Assembly (NCBI GenBank): GCA_040752695.1
Contig: JBFMGO010000124.1
Coordinates: forward strand, 1 to 16,736
Length of the DNA stretch: 16,736 nt
From: a bacterium
GTDB lineage: Bacteria; SZUA-182; DTGQ01
Direction: 5' to 3'
The translations under genes were made by a program, and so were the position numbers. Each line of letters opens with the position of its first letter. Position 1 is the first letter of the stretch. Below, one piece after another: positions 7,308-15,056 of this stretch. The notes below the pieces were generated by a model that worked only from the letters and a program-made list of their open reading frames with translations, had not been told where the DNA came from and searched no databases.

Positions 7308-9062
7308 TTAAGTTTGGTTTACCCGGTCTTTCAACCTCTTCACTGCTTCCTGGCGAATCCATATAATAACTTCATCATTTTGAGCAATATCTGCCAGAGC
7401 AGCTTTATCTCCCAGCCTTCTCATTGCTTCCTGGCGAATCCACACAGGAATTTCATCGTTCTTAACAATATCTGCCAGAGCAGCTTTATCTTCCAGCCTC
7501 TTCACTGCTTCTCTGAGGATATCTACATTTTTATCGTTTTTGACGATATCTGCCAGAACAGCTTGATCTTCCAGCTTTTTCACCGCTTCCTGGCGGAGCC
7601 GTATAATAACTTCATCATTTTGAGCAATATCTACAAGAGCAGCCTGATCTTTCAATTTTTCCATTGCTTCTTTGCGAATCCATATAGGAACTTCGTTATC
7701 TTTAACAACATCTGCCAGAGCAGCTTGATCTTCCAGCCCTTTTACTGCCTCTCTGAGAATATCTATATTCTTATCGTTCTTGAGAATATCTGCCAGAGCA
7801 GTCTGGTCTTTCAACTTTTTCACCGCTTCCTGGCGAACAGACAAGTCTTTGTCGTTTCTGGCAATATCTGCCAGAGCAGCTTGATCTTCCAACCTTTTTA
7901 CCGCTTCACGGCGAATGGATGCATCCCGGTCATTTTGAGCGCTGTCCGCCAGGGCAGCCTGATCTTTCAGTTTCTCCACCGCTTCCAGGCGAACGGATGA
8001 ACTCACATCGTTTCTGGCAATATCTGCCAGAGCGGCCTGGTCTTCCAGCTTCTTCACTGCCTCCAGGCGAATTCTTTTATCCCTGCAATTCTTGGCAATG
8101 TCTGCCAAGACAGGTTGATCATGTATCCGGCACAGTATCAAGCCCGTTACCTTTTCGTATTCATAAACGTCCGGGTCATCTTCATCATCTTTTGCAATGC
8201 CTGCCAGGACAGCCCGTAAAATGGCCTGATTCGTTATACGGCCTATTACTGCTTTACGAACATATGAACTCATATCGTTTATGGCGATGTCTGCCAGAGT
8301 AGTTTGATCTTCCAGCTTTTCCGCTGCCTCCTGGCGAACGAATACATCTTCGTCGCTTCTGGCGATATCTGCCAGAACAGCTTGATCCTTCAATTTCTTC
8401 ACTGCTTCTTTGCGAACATATGGGCTCGTATCGTTTCTGGCAATATCTGCCAGAGCAGCCTGGTCTTCCAGCTTTTTTACTGCCTCCTGGCGAATTCTTC
8501 TATCCCTTGCATCCCTGGCAATCTCTGCCAAAACAGCATCGCTTTTTGCACCATCCAGCAAAATAGCCTGATCTTTGATGCAGGCCATCGCTGTTCTTCG
8601 AACATATGAACTCACATCGCTTACAGCAATACCTGCTAAAATAGTCTGATCTTTCAACCTCTTCACTGCTTCCTGGCGAATTCTCTCATCCCTGGCATTT
8701 TGGGCAATATCCACAAAAGCAGTCTGATCCTCCAGCTTCTTCACCGCTTCCTGGCAGATGTTAAAAACGGCTTCATCCTTCATGAGAGTTTCTTCTATAA
8801 GAATTTTCACAAGTAAATCTTGGTTTCTCAACCTCTCAGCCGCCGTAAACCTGACGAGGCAACTCCTATCGCTCTTTGCAATCTCAGCAAGCAAGTTCTG
8901 GTCTTCCAGCTTCTTAACAGCAGACTTTCGAACGTCTTCCTCAGGATCATTCCTGGCAATCCATGCAAGTTTTTTCTGGTTATCCAGTCCATCTATGCTG
9001 CAAAGACGAATTTTCTGATCAGAATGCTTCCAACTGGGGCAAAACAAGGTTAATAGACCCAT
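7308..9062 (-). CDS. HEAT-like (alpha-solenoid) tandem-repeat protein, ~20 repeats of 26-27 aa
   Basis: Repeat consensus is approximately DQAALADIARNDxxxxVRQEAVKKL(E/K). Likely start is ATG 9062 (AAAGG upstream, MGLLTLFCPSWKHSD). No signal peptide or catalytic domain is visible. Confidence 0.85.
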   Translation of the reverse strand: MGLLTLFCPSWKHSDQKIRLCSIDGLDNQKKLAWIARNDPEEDVRKSAVKKLEDQNLLAEIAKSDRSCLVRFTAAERLRNQDLLVKILIEETLMKDEAVFNICQEAVKKLEDQTAFVDIAQNARDERIRQEAVKRLKDQTILAGIAVSDVSSYVRRTAMACIKDQAILLDGAKSDAVLAEIARDARDRRIRQEAVKKLEDQAALADIARNDTSPYVRKEAVKKLKDQAVLADIARSDEDVFVRQEAAEKLEDQTTLADIAINDMSSYVRKAVIGRITNQAILRAVLAGIAKDDEDDPDVYEYEKVTGLILCRIHDQPVLADIAKNCRDKRIRLEAVKKLEDQAALADIARNDVSSSVRLEAVEKLKDQAALADSAQNDRDASIRREAVKRLEDQAALADIARNDKDLSVRQEAVKKLKDQTALADILKNDKNIDILREAVKGLEDQAALADVVKDNEVPIWIRKEAMEKLKDQAALVDIAQNDEVIIRLRQEAVKKLEDQAVLADIVKNDKNVDILREAVKRLEDKAALADIVKNDEIPVWIRQEAMRRLGDKAALADIAQNDEVIIWIRQEAVKRLKDRVNQT

Positions 9063-9209
9063 GGTAAAGCCTTTCATTTTTTTGATTAATGATATTTTTT
9101 GCCATATAAGCATATATAAGCACATGTATAGTTTATATACACATGTACAGATTATATACACTTGCTATTTCACATGATGAATTGAAGATTCTTATAGGAT
9201 GGGAGTATC

Positions 9210-9623
9210 TCAGGACCTTATTATAGTAGTCCTCAAGATCTGAAGGGCTTGAAAAGGCAGACAATCTCCTCTTGAAGAAGAAACATTTTCTTGATGATCA
9301 GTCAATAGATTAGCCCATTTCACAGAAGGTAAATGCAAAGTTATGAGATGCTTGTATGGATTAACATATTTACTGAGAATAGTAAAGGCAAGAAACAAGT
9401 GGTATTCCTGAGGAGAGGGGATCTGGTTTGTATTCTTATTTACGATTGTTTTCGTAATCTGCAGTTTATGCTTTTGGCCTAATTCCTCTGCAAACTCCAA
9501 AAGGGAACAGATATCAGAGCGGTGACGATGTACATATCCGATCGAGCTTATCGAACTGAGCCGACAAAGTATGCAGATCAAGAGCAGACTTCCAAAAAAG
9601 AATAGAAATTTTAACTTGTCCAT
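9210..9623 (-). CDS. Hypothetical protein with an N-terminal hydrophobic segment
   Basis: 137-aa ORF in AT-rich DNA, co-oriented upstream of the repeat gene, starting MDKLKFLFFFGSLLLICIL. No clear RBS. Confidence 0.35.
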   Translation of the reverse strand: MDKLKFLFFFGSLLLICILCRLSSISSIGYVHRHRSDICSLLEFAEELGQKHKLQITKTIVNKNTNQIPSPQEYHLFLAFTILSKYVNPYKHLITLHLPSVKWANLLTDHQENVSSSRGDCLPFQALQILRTTIIRS

Positions 9624-10009
9624 AAGTTACGATGCCTACATTTTTCAGCTCTTCAACAGGTAAGAGTATATATATCCGTCATAGGAGCGAGATGCAATAT
9701 CCATTCCTGTTCGAAAAAATTTTCTCTTGTTATGCGGTTTATGAATAACTTCCTTTGTAAATCCAGCCTCACTCCTGCTTACTGATTAAGCTAACAAGGT
9801 TTACATTCGAGGAACTATGTTGACACTTCATTTCCTTTTGGCTGGTAATAAGGTTTGCTATTATCAGCCACATGTATGCAGGCAGCCATAGTTTACCCTT
9901 AACCAGTAATATCGTAATCACACAACGCTGTGGAAGACCTGAGTATGATTGAGAATAATAAAGGAAATAAAGCCAAATTGAGGAAGTTGATGGAATAAAC
10001 CGTTTTCTC

Positions 10010-10025
10010 TGGCATATAAGTTGCA
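10010..10025 (+). promoter_or_regulatory. Putative sigma54 (RpoN) -24/-12 promoter
   Basis: TGGCAT-ATAAG-TTGCA matches the TGGCAC-N5-TTGCW consensus with exact spacing and points toward the cohesin-dockerin gene. Confidence 0.6.
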
Positions 10026-10226
10026 AATTATGGCATATTATATATTACTATTAATATCTCATAAAGATAGAAACCCGGTTTGAAGGTTGATCGAGTGATC
10101 GGGGACGCCTTTTCATGCCATGTCTTCGCTCATGGGAGATTACCTAATCAGAGGGAGAAGCAGCGAGAAGCAGGTAGAGCGATATGTGCCCTTGATTGAG
10201 AATTCTCATCCAATTCATTCCTCCCT

Positions 10227-10263
10227 GATAGTCATAGATAGTCAATGATAGTCATTGATAGTC
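10227..10263 (+). repeat. Four GATAGTC heptamers with a 10-bp period
   Basis: GATAGTC occurs at 10227, 10237, 10247 and 10257. Confidence 0.85.
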
Positions 10264-10474
10264 TAATAATCTCTTGATAAACAAGAGGTTATTAGTTCCA
10301 GAGCTGTTCGAAATACCAGGCTGGGTCCAGTGGTATCCCGGTCGTATGAGGCTTTTGGGACAGGCCCTTTAAGGCTACACACCAAACCGCAACGAGTACC
10401 CTGTGCCGTACAAAGAAAAATCCTTTAAAAACCTTACCACCGGAAGGTGGGGTAACTATGGCTGCCAGGGTGCT
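10263..10474 (+). other. Structured 5' leader (candidate cis-regulatory RNA, family not identified)
   Basis: 14-bp hairpin at 10263-10295. TACCA..CTGG/CCAG..TGGTA hairpin at 10314-10335. AGTACCCTG-t-GCCGTA (10395-10410) pairs with TATGGC..CAGGGTGCT (10457-10474), enclosing CCACC-GGAA-GGTGG. The structure ends just before the RBS. Confidence 0.4.
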
Positions 10475-10492
10475 GAGAAAGGAGAAACGAGT

Positions 10493-11641
10493 ATGAAAAA
10501 AGTATTTTTAGCAGTGTTCAGTGTGGTTTTTGTATGTGCCGTAATGTTTTCATCTTTACCGTCTCCCGTATACTCTCAGGTATCTCTTCCATCAGTAAGT
10601 ATTTCCCCCGTACTAACGCTGATCCAGCCAGTATACCTTTTATGTATCGAGCAGGACTCCGGAGCACTGGATATTGAAGGAGCCAGGGGAAGGATAGGAC
10701 AAGAGGTTAAAATTCCGGTAAGAATTCAAAATGCTCCGAACGGAGTTGCCGCCCTCGGTTTTGAAGTTGCCTATAACACGGCTGTCCTGAAATATACGGG
10801 CTTTGAGCGGGGAAATCTCGTTACATCTTTTAACATGTTTGATGTCAACATCGATTCTCCCGGCAAACTGAAAGTAGGTGGATTCACTATTGGCAGCGGC
10901 GTTTCAAAAGGTGCAAGCGGCTATCTGGTCTGGTTGAAATTTACGGTCGTTGGCGGTCAGGAGAAAATCTGTTATTCCCTGACCCTGAGTAATCTGACTG
11001 ACGAGATTGCCAATTTCCCTCAAACCGGAGGATGTTTCTGTATCCAAAGCTGCAATGGGGACCTGAACGAAGATGCAGCGATTACGCCGATGGATGCTTT
11101 AATCGCTTTTAAGTGCTATCTTGGATCGGGTGATTGTCCTGATTGTACAGATGTCAATGAAGATGGCAAAGTTACTCCGGCTGATGCTCTTTGCCTGTTT
11201 CAAAAGTATCTCGGCAAGCCTTCCTGTCTGGATGAACCTGCCCAACCTGTAACGGTGCTCTCCCCGGCGCGGGGGATGACCTCGTCCCAGGAATTTTCGA
11301 TTGACAACCAGAATCACATCGTGATTAAGGTTACTTTTAGTGATCCGGTGCAGACGGCAACCGTTGTTGTGAGAAAAACCCTGATCCTGGATGCCGAAAA
11401 GGACCACAATGCAGCAGGAACCATCAGTTGGTCTTCTGATCGAAAAGAGTTGACCTTTCGGACAACGAACACTGTCTCTAATCTGCTGCAATTTAATCCC
11501 GACGGTTTTTTCTCGCTCCAGCTTATAGGTACAGATACTGGTAATGGCGCAATCAAAGATGACAACGGGAATCCGCTCGATGGAGATGAGAATGGTACGT
11601 ATGGCGGGAACTATACAACCGGCTTTTGCTTAATTGGCTAA
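10493..11641 (+). CDS. Secreted cohesin-domain + dockerin-domain + Ig-like (Big_5/SbsA-type) protein
   Basis: AAAGGAG RBS before ATG 10493 and signal peptide MKKVFLAVFSVVFVCAVMF. Cohesin-like GQEVKIPVRIQNAPNGVAALGFEVAYNTAVLKY...LVWLKFTV. Duplicated dockerin Ca-binding motifs GDLNEDAAITPMDAL and DVNEDGKVTPADAL. C-terminal IKVTFSDPV...WSSDRKELTF...IKDDNGNPLDG. Confidence 0.8.
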   Translation: MKKVFLAVFSVVFVCAVMFSSLPSPVYSQVSLPSVSISPVLTLIQPVYLLCIEQDSGALDIEGARGRIGQEVKIPVRIQNAPNGVAALGFEVAYNTAVLKYTGFERGNLVTSFNMFDVNIDSPGKLKVGGFTIGSGVSKGASGYLVWLKFTVVGGQEKICYSLTLSNLTDEIANFPQTGGCFCIQSCNGDLNEDAAITPMDALIAFKCYLGSGDCPDCTDVNEDGKVTPADALCLFQKYLGKPSCLDEPAQPVTVLSPARGMTSSQEFSIDNQNHIVIKVTFSDPVQTATVVVRKTLILDAEKDHNAAGTISWSSDRKELTFRTTNTVSNLLQFNPDGFFSLQLIGTDTGNGAIKDDNGNPLDGDENGTYGGNYTTGFCLIG

Positions 11642-11689
11642 GGTGTTTGAGACTCGGATACAAAAGGCGGTGAAGAGCAAGGAATAGTC

Positions 11690-11733
11690 AGGGAAGACCC
11701 GCTCGGTGATGCTGGCGGGCCTTCCCTTTTTTT
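11690..11733 (+). terminator. Intrinsic terminator of the cohesin-dockerin gene
   Basis: AGGGAAGaCCCGC...GCGGGcCTTCCCT stem followed by a T-tract. Confidence 0.8.
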
Positions 11734-11775
11734 GAAATTCTCCCTCATCAAGAACACAACAATTATCAGGGATAC

Positions 11776-12336
11776 CTACAACAGAAGGTCAGTAGCAGTC
11801 AATAATGAGTTGAGAGTAGGAGTAACAATTACAGGTGGAGAGGCTAACGAAGAATAAACGGCCAGGTATTCCCAGTTGGCTGCGGGAACCTGCTGTACAA
11901 GCCACCAGACCGGCGTAGGTGGGAGGCTGGCGTAGGTGGACGGCAGGGTAATGGTTATGGGCAGGTTGGTGATCATATTCGTTAAAATGCTCGGCGGCCA
12001 GAAATCGACACCTGCAAAAGGATCGTAGTAGGCCATGCCCTCAGGAGTGTTATACAGCAGCCAGGGATACCCCAGCGAAGGATGCCAGGTTAATCCAGGC
12101 TGAACCGGCAGAATGGTCGAAGGCGTGAGGCTCGATACCAGGGGGGTTGCAAGACCGGTCGCGGGATCGACGGGTGAAAGCACCTGTGACCAGAGGGGCC
12201 ACAGCGTGTTATACGGGGGTAAGGCCGCCCAATTCGGGGCTATTTGTGCTCCAACCGCTGAGCAAAAAAGAAGCCCCGCGAACATAACCATTGACAATGA
12301 ATAAACGCAATGCTTGAAACTTTTTTTTGTTGACAT
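11776..12336 (-). CDS. Secreted Pro/Trp/Leu-rich hypothetical protein
   Basis: GGAGG RBS and a signal peptide ending SAVGA|Q. The mature part (LPPYNTLWPLWSQVLSP...) has very few charged residues. Confidence 0.75.
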   Translation of the reverse strand: MSTKKSFKHCVYSLSMVMFAGLLFCSAVGAQIAPNWAALPPYNTLWPLWSQVLSPVDPATGLATPLVSSLTPSTILPVQPGLTWHPSLGYPWLLYNTPEGMAYYDPFAGVDFWPPSILTNMITNLPITITLPSTYASLPPTPVWWLVQQVPAANWEYLAVYSSLASPPVIVTPTLNSLLTATDLLL

Positions 12337-12816
12337 GTTTTCCTCCTTGCTAACCCTACGTTGTCTCTCTTACCTATCCTAAAGTTGTTAAAATTACCCC
12401 AGCTTACATAAAATTTTATTACTTATACCAATAAATAAACTTACTGTTTAAACATCTTGCGCCACTTATTTTGACCATTAAGGAAATAAGATGGATGGGT
12501 TATTCTTGATCGGGATTACTTCCGAATGTGCCTGCTAATATACACAGAATACAAGTATAAGCCTTCACCTCTTAGACGATAAAACTGAGCAGTGCCTTAC
12601 GCAATTTTTTAGACCAGATATCGATATTGAAATAATGAACAGTCCAGAGGGAAAAAGCAAGAGAGTCTTATCAGAGCAGGCTAAAAAGCAGGATGGTAAA
12701 AGCCTGCCCATCTTCCTCCCTGATAAGGAACTCCCTCTCTACTTTTTTAGGTATCACGAATTGTCTGTATATCCGTCCGCTTACCGGTTATCTGCCGTAA
12801 ACGGCACTGAGCGGCC

Positions 12817-12978
12817 TTAACAGGTATATCTTTTTTTATCGAAAAAGATCCGAAGGGTCCTTTTCTCATGAGGGATTTTTTCCACGTGCAAAAGATGGCG
12901 AGTAGAAAGATCGATGATTTTTAGGCGCTTGCTTTTTAAACTTATTTTTTCTATAAAATTTCCCAACATGTAACGCAT
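12817..12978 (-). CDS. Candidate small basic protein (53 aa)
   Basis: Strong AGGAGG RBS 5 nt before ATG 12978. K/R-rich sequence MRYMLGNFIEKISLKSKRLKII...FFDKKRYTC. Confidence 0.4.
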   Translation of the reverse strand: MRYMLGNFIEKISLKSKRLKIIDLSTRHLLHVEKIPHEKRTLRIFFDKKRYTC

Positions 12979-13059
12979 GGATCCCTCCTGCTCACTCAAA
13001 AATTAGCTGTGTACCTCCTCGGTGTGATAAGTGCCGTATAGGTATTCGGCTTAATTCTG

Positions 13060-13111
13060 AAAAAAGTCTTACCGCCCATAATACCCTCGTAAATAGGGGG
13101 CCTTGCGGTAA
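13060..13111 (-). terminator. Possible terminator or attenuator hairpin on the minus strand
   Basis: TTACCGC (13069-13075) pairs with GCGGTAA (13105-13111), with an inner CCCT/AGGG pair. On the minus strand it is followed by GAC and TTTTTT. Confidence 0.4.
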
Positions 13112-13238
13112 ACGTTCCAGTTATCAACACAGAGAACTGATTCAATAGTCAACAGGAATTCACTGCTCGCACATTCTTTCTGACAGACAATGATCTTTTA
13201 CGGCCTTAAGCTTGAAAATAAAAGAAAAAGAGTAAGGA

Positions 13239-13517
13239 TCAAGCTCCAAACCATTTTTGGATATTCTCAATGATCTGATGAGCCTGCTTCTGGTTCGTAA
13301 TATTGAATTTACTCTGTTGCCGATAGACATCTCCGGACTTCTTATACCGTCGGATAGAAATCTTGGGCTCACTCATCTGGCCGGTCCGGGTATCGAGCTC
13401 CTGGTAGAGGAACATGATCGTGGTCCAAGCACCCTTTGAGAGCAGAGCCTTATCCAGCTCTTTTACTTTTACGATCCCATCCTCTTCGTACTGTATGGTC
13501 AGTTCCTCAGGTGTCAC
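13239..13517 (-). CDS. Small hypothetical protein (possibly a PC4/YdbC-like nucleic-acid-binding fold)
   Basis: AAGGAGG RBS before GTG 13517. Globular beta-rich pattern (ELDKALLSKGAWTTIMFLYQE, KISIRRYKK, SKFNI) plus a C-terminal helix. The fold suggestion is inference. Confidence 0.75.
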   Translation of the reverse strand: MTPEELTIQYEEDGIVKVKELDKALLSKGAWTTIMFLYQELDTRTGQMSEPKISIRRYKKSGDVYRQQSKFNITNQKQAHQIIENIQKWFGA

Positions 13518-13562
13518 AGGGGATTCCTCCTTCCGTTAAAAGAGTGAATGGTCAACTCAAGG

Positions 13563-14867
13563 TCAGCATGAGTGAACATAAAGCACAATGTTCTCTCTGA
13601 GTCTGTCAAAGGTAGAGTGAAAAACATCAGGATCTTTTTCCAACAGAGTTATTCGAAAGCCAGGCAAATCACTGCAAAAAGAAGAAAGCGGAACAACACA
13701 GATTCCGGTTGAAGCCAGCAAAAAGTATACAAAGCGTTTATCAAGGGGCACATTTCGCACCATGCCATCCACAAACTCTTTAATCATCGGGTCGTGAATC
13801 GGGAGCCGTTGGTCAGATTTCAATACACCCTTCCGAAATACAATGCTCATGTAAAAAGCCCCGTTTGTTCTATTGACGATAATGAGGTCTTTGAGTGGGG
13901 ACAGGATCTCGTAGGCAAGATTGGAGGCCCGCTCATAAAATGCATTTTTATCCATCAGGTATTTCTGGTAATTGGGATGCTGCATGATCTTGGGAATAGC
14001 TTTTTGAGGCAGGGTCGTAGAGCATACCTCCACCATTTTGGCGTTGACGATACTTTCAACATATCGATCGAAGCATGAATCCTTGCCCGCGTTATAAATC
14101 TCAATCCAGCCGCAGCGGGCTCCGGGCCAGGGGATTTCTTTGGAGATTCCCTTCAGGGAAATGGCACAGACATCGTCAACCACCAGGGAAAGGGGAACGT
14201 TTACTTTATTGTTATAGACGATGTTCTGGTAAATCTCGTCACAGATTATAAAAAGGTCATATTTTTTAGCCAGACCGATAATTTCCTCCAGGATTTCCCT
14301 GGGGTAAACCGCACCCGTGGGGTTATCCGGATTGATAATCAAAATGCCGGAAATCGTATTATTATATTTAACCTTATTCCGTAAATCGTCTATGTCTGGA
14401 TACCAGTTGTTTTCCGGATCAAGCTTATACGTAAGCGGCGCTAATCCGGCATGAGATGCCTCGGCCGAAGAATGGGTTGAGTATGCCGGCGAAGGGCCGA
14501 TAACGCGGGCCTCACGTCTCAAGAGGCTGTAAATCTTGGTGATGGCGTCTCCGGTACCATTGAAGAAGAGGATATTCTCTTCGGAAATCCGGGCTCCGCC
14601 CCGCCTGTTATTTAATTCCGCAATATAGCTCCTGCTGTCGTCGAGGCCCTTGGTAGGGCAGTAGGCATAAGAGGAATCATCCTGGACCATATTGTGAACA
14701 ATAGCCTTGATCCAATCAGGGAGGATTTCTCCTTTGGCTACCGGATCGCCGATATTTTCCCAGATGACCTTTACTCCCAGGTTCTCTAATTTTTGGGCCA
14801 GAGGCACGATGCCGCGTATTTCGTAAGTTAATTCTCCGGCACCGATATGAACTATGTTATTACGCAT
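13563..14867 (-). CDS. PLP-dependent aminotransferase class I/II (AlaA/aspartate aminotransferase-like)
   Basis: Motifs ENIGDP, INPDNPTGAVY, ICDEIY, GISKEIPWPGARCGW (PLP lysine) and GAFY. Start ATG 14867 follows AAGGGG. Confidence 0.92.
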   Translation of the reverse strand: MRNNIVHIGAGELTYEIRGIVPLAQKLENLGVKVIWENIGDPVAKGEILPDWIKAIVHNMVQDDSSYAYCPTKGLDDSRSYIAELNNRRGGARISEENILFFNGTGDAITKIYSLLRREARVIGPSPAYSTHSSAEASHAGLAPLTYKLDPENNWYPDIDDLRNKVKYNNTISGILIINPDNPTGAVYPREILEEIIGLAKKYDLFIICDEIYQNIVYNNKVNVPLSLVVDDVCAISLKGISKEIPWPGARCGWIEIYNAGKDSCFDRYVESIVNAKMVEVCSTTLPQKAIPKIMQHPNYQKYLMDKNAFYERASNLAYEILSPLKDLIIVNRTNGAFYMSIVFRKGVLKSDQRLPIHDPMIKEFVDGMVRNVPLDKRFVYFLLASTGICVVPLSSFCSDLPGFRITLLEKDPDVFHSTFDRLRENIVLYVHSC

Positions 14868-15021
14868 CTTAAAATATTCCCCCTTGCGTTTGGGCGTTAT
14901 TTCATAAGATAACATAAAGCAGGGACTACAATCAAGTAAAATGAAAAGAAAGACTTGGGCATGTTCTGCCTCCCTCAGCAGAGCATAATTATCGATCCAT
15001 TACCTGTCAAAATTGAAACTG

Positions 15022-15056
15022 TCAGGGTAAAGATGCTTCAGGGTAAAGATGCTTCA
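15022..15056. repeat. Exact 16-bp tandem duplication of the lysS 3' end including the stop codon
   Basis: TCAGGGTAAAGATGCT at 15022-15037 and 15038-15053, followed by TCA. Confidence 0.85.

Noticed and set aside
7242..8000. 252-aa plus-strand ORF with repeats (NICQSSLIFQ…)
   Set aside because: It is the antisense shadow of the HEAT-like repeat gene; repeating a stop-free unit keeps the frame open. The same applies to 7919-8302 and 8304-8609.
7308..9062. 78/81-nt DNA repeats as a CRISPR array or DGR template/variable pair
   Set aside because: The repeats are in-frame coding units without unique spacers. No cas or reverse transcriptase gene is present, and the differences are not confined to adenines.
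9840..9869. Hairpin GGCTGGTAATA/TATTATCAGCC as a terminator
   Set aside because: There is no following U-tract on either strand and no gene ends nearby. It could be an activator-binding site for the sigma54 promoter, but nothing else supports that.
10081..10160. c-di-GMP-I (GEMM) riboswitch, suggested by GATCGAGTGATCGGGGACGC
   Set aside because: It lacks the GGCAAACC 5' strand, the GNRA loop and the GCAAAG junction. It is kept only as part of the unassigned structured leader.
10403..10492. N-terminal extensions in the ORF track (also starts at 1535, 4180, 9161 and 14915)
   Set aside because: Downstream starts have clear RBSs and place signal peptides or family N-termini correctly.
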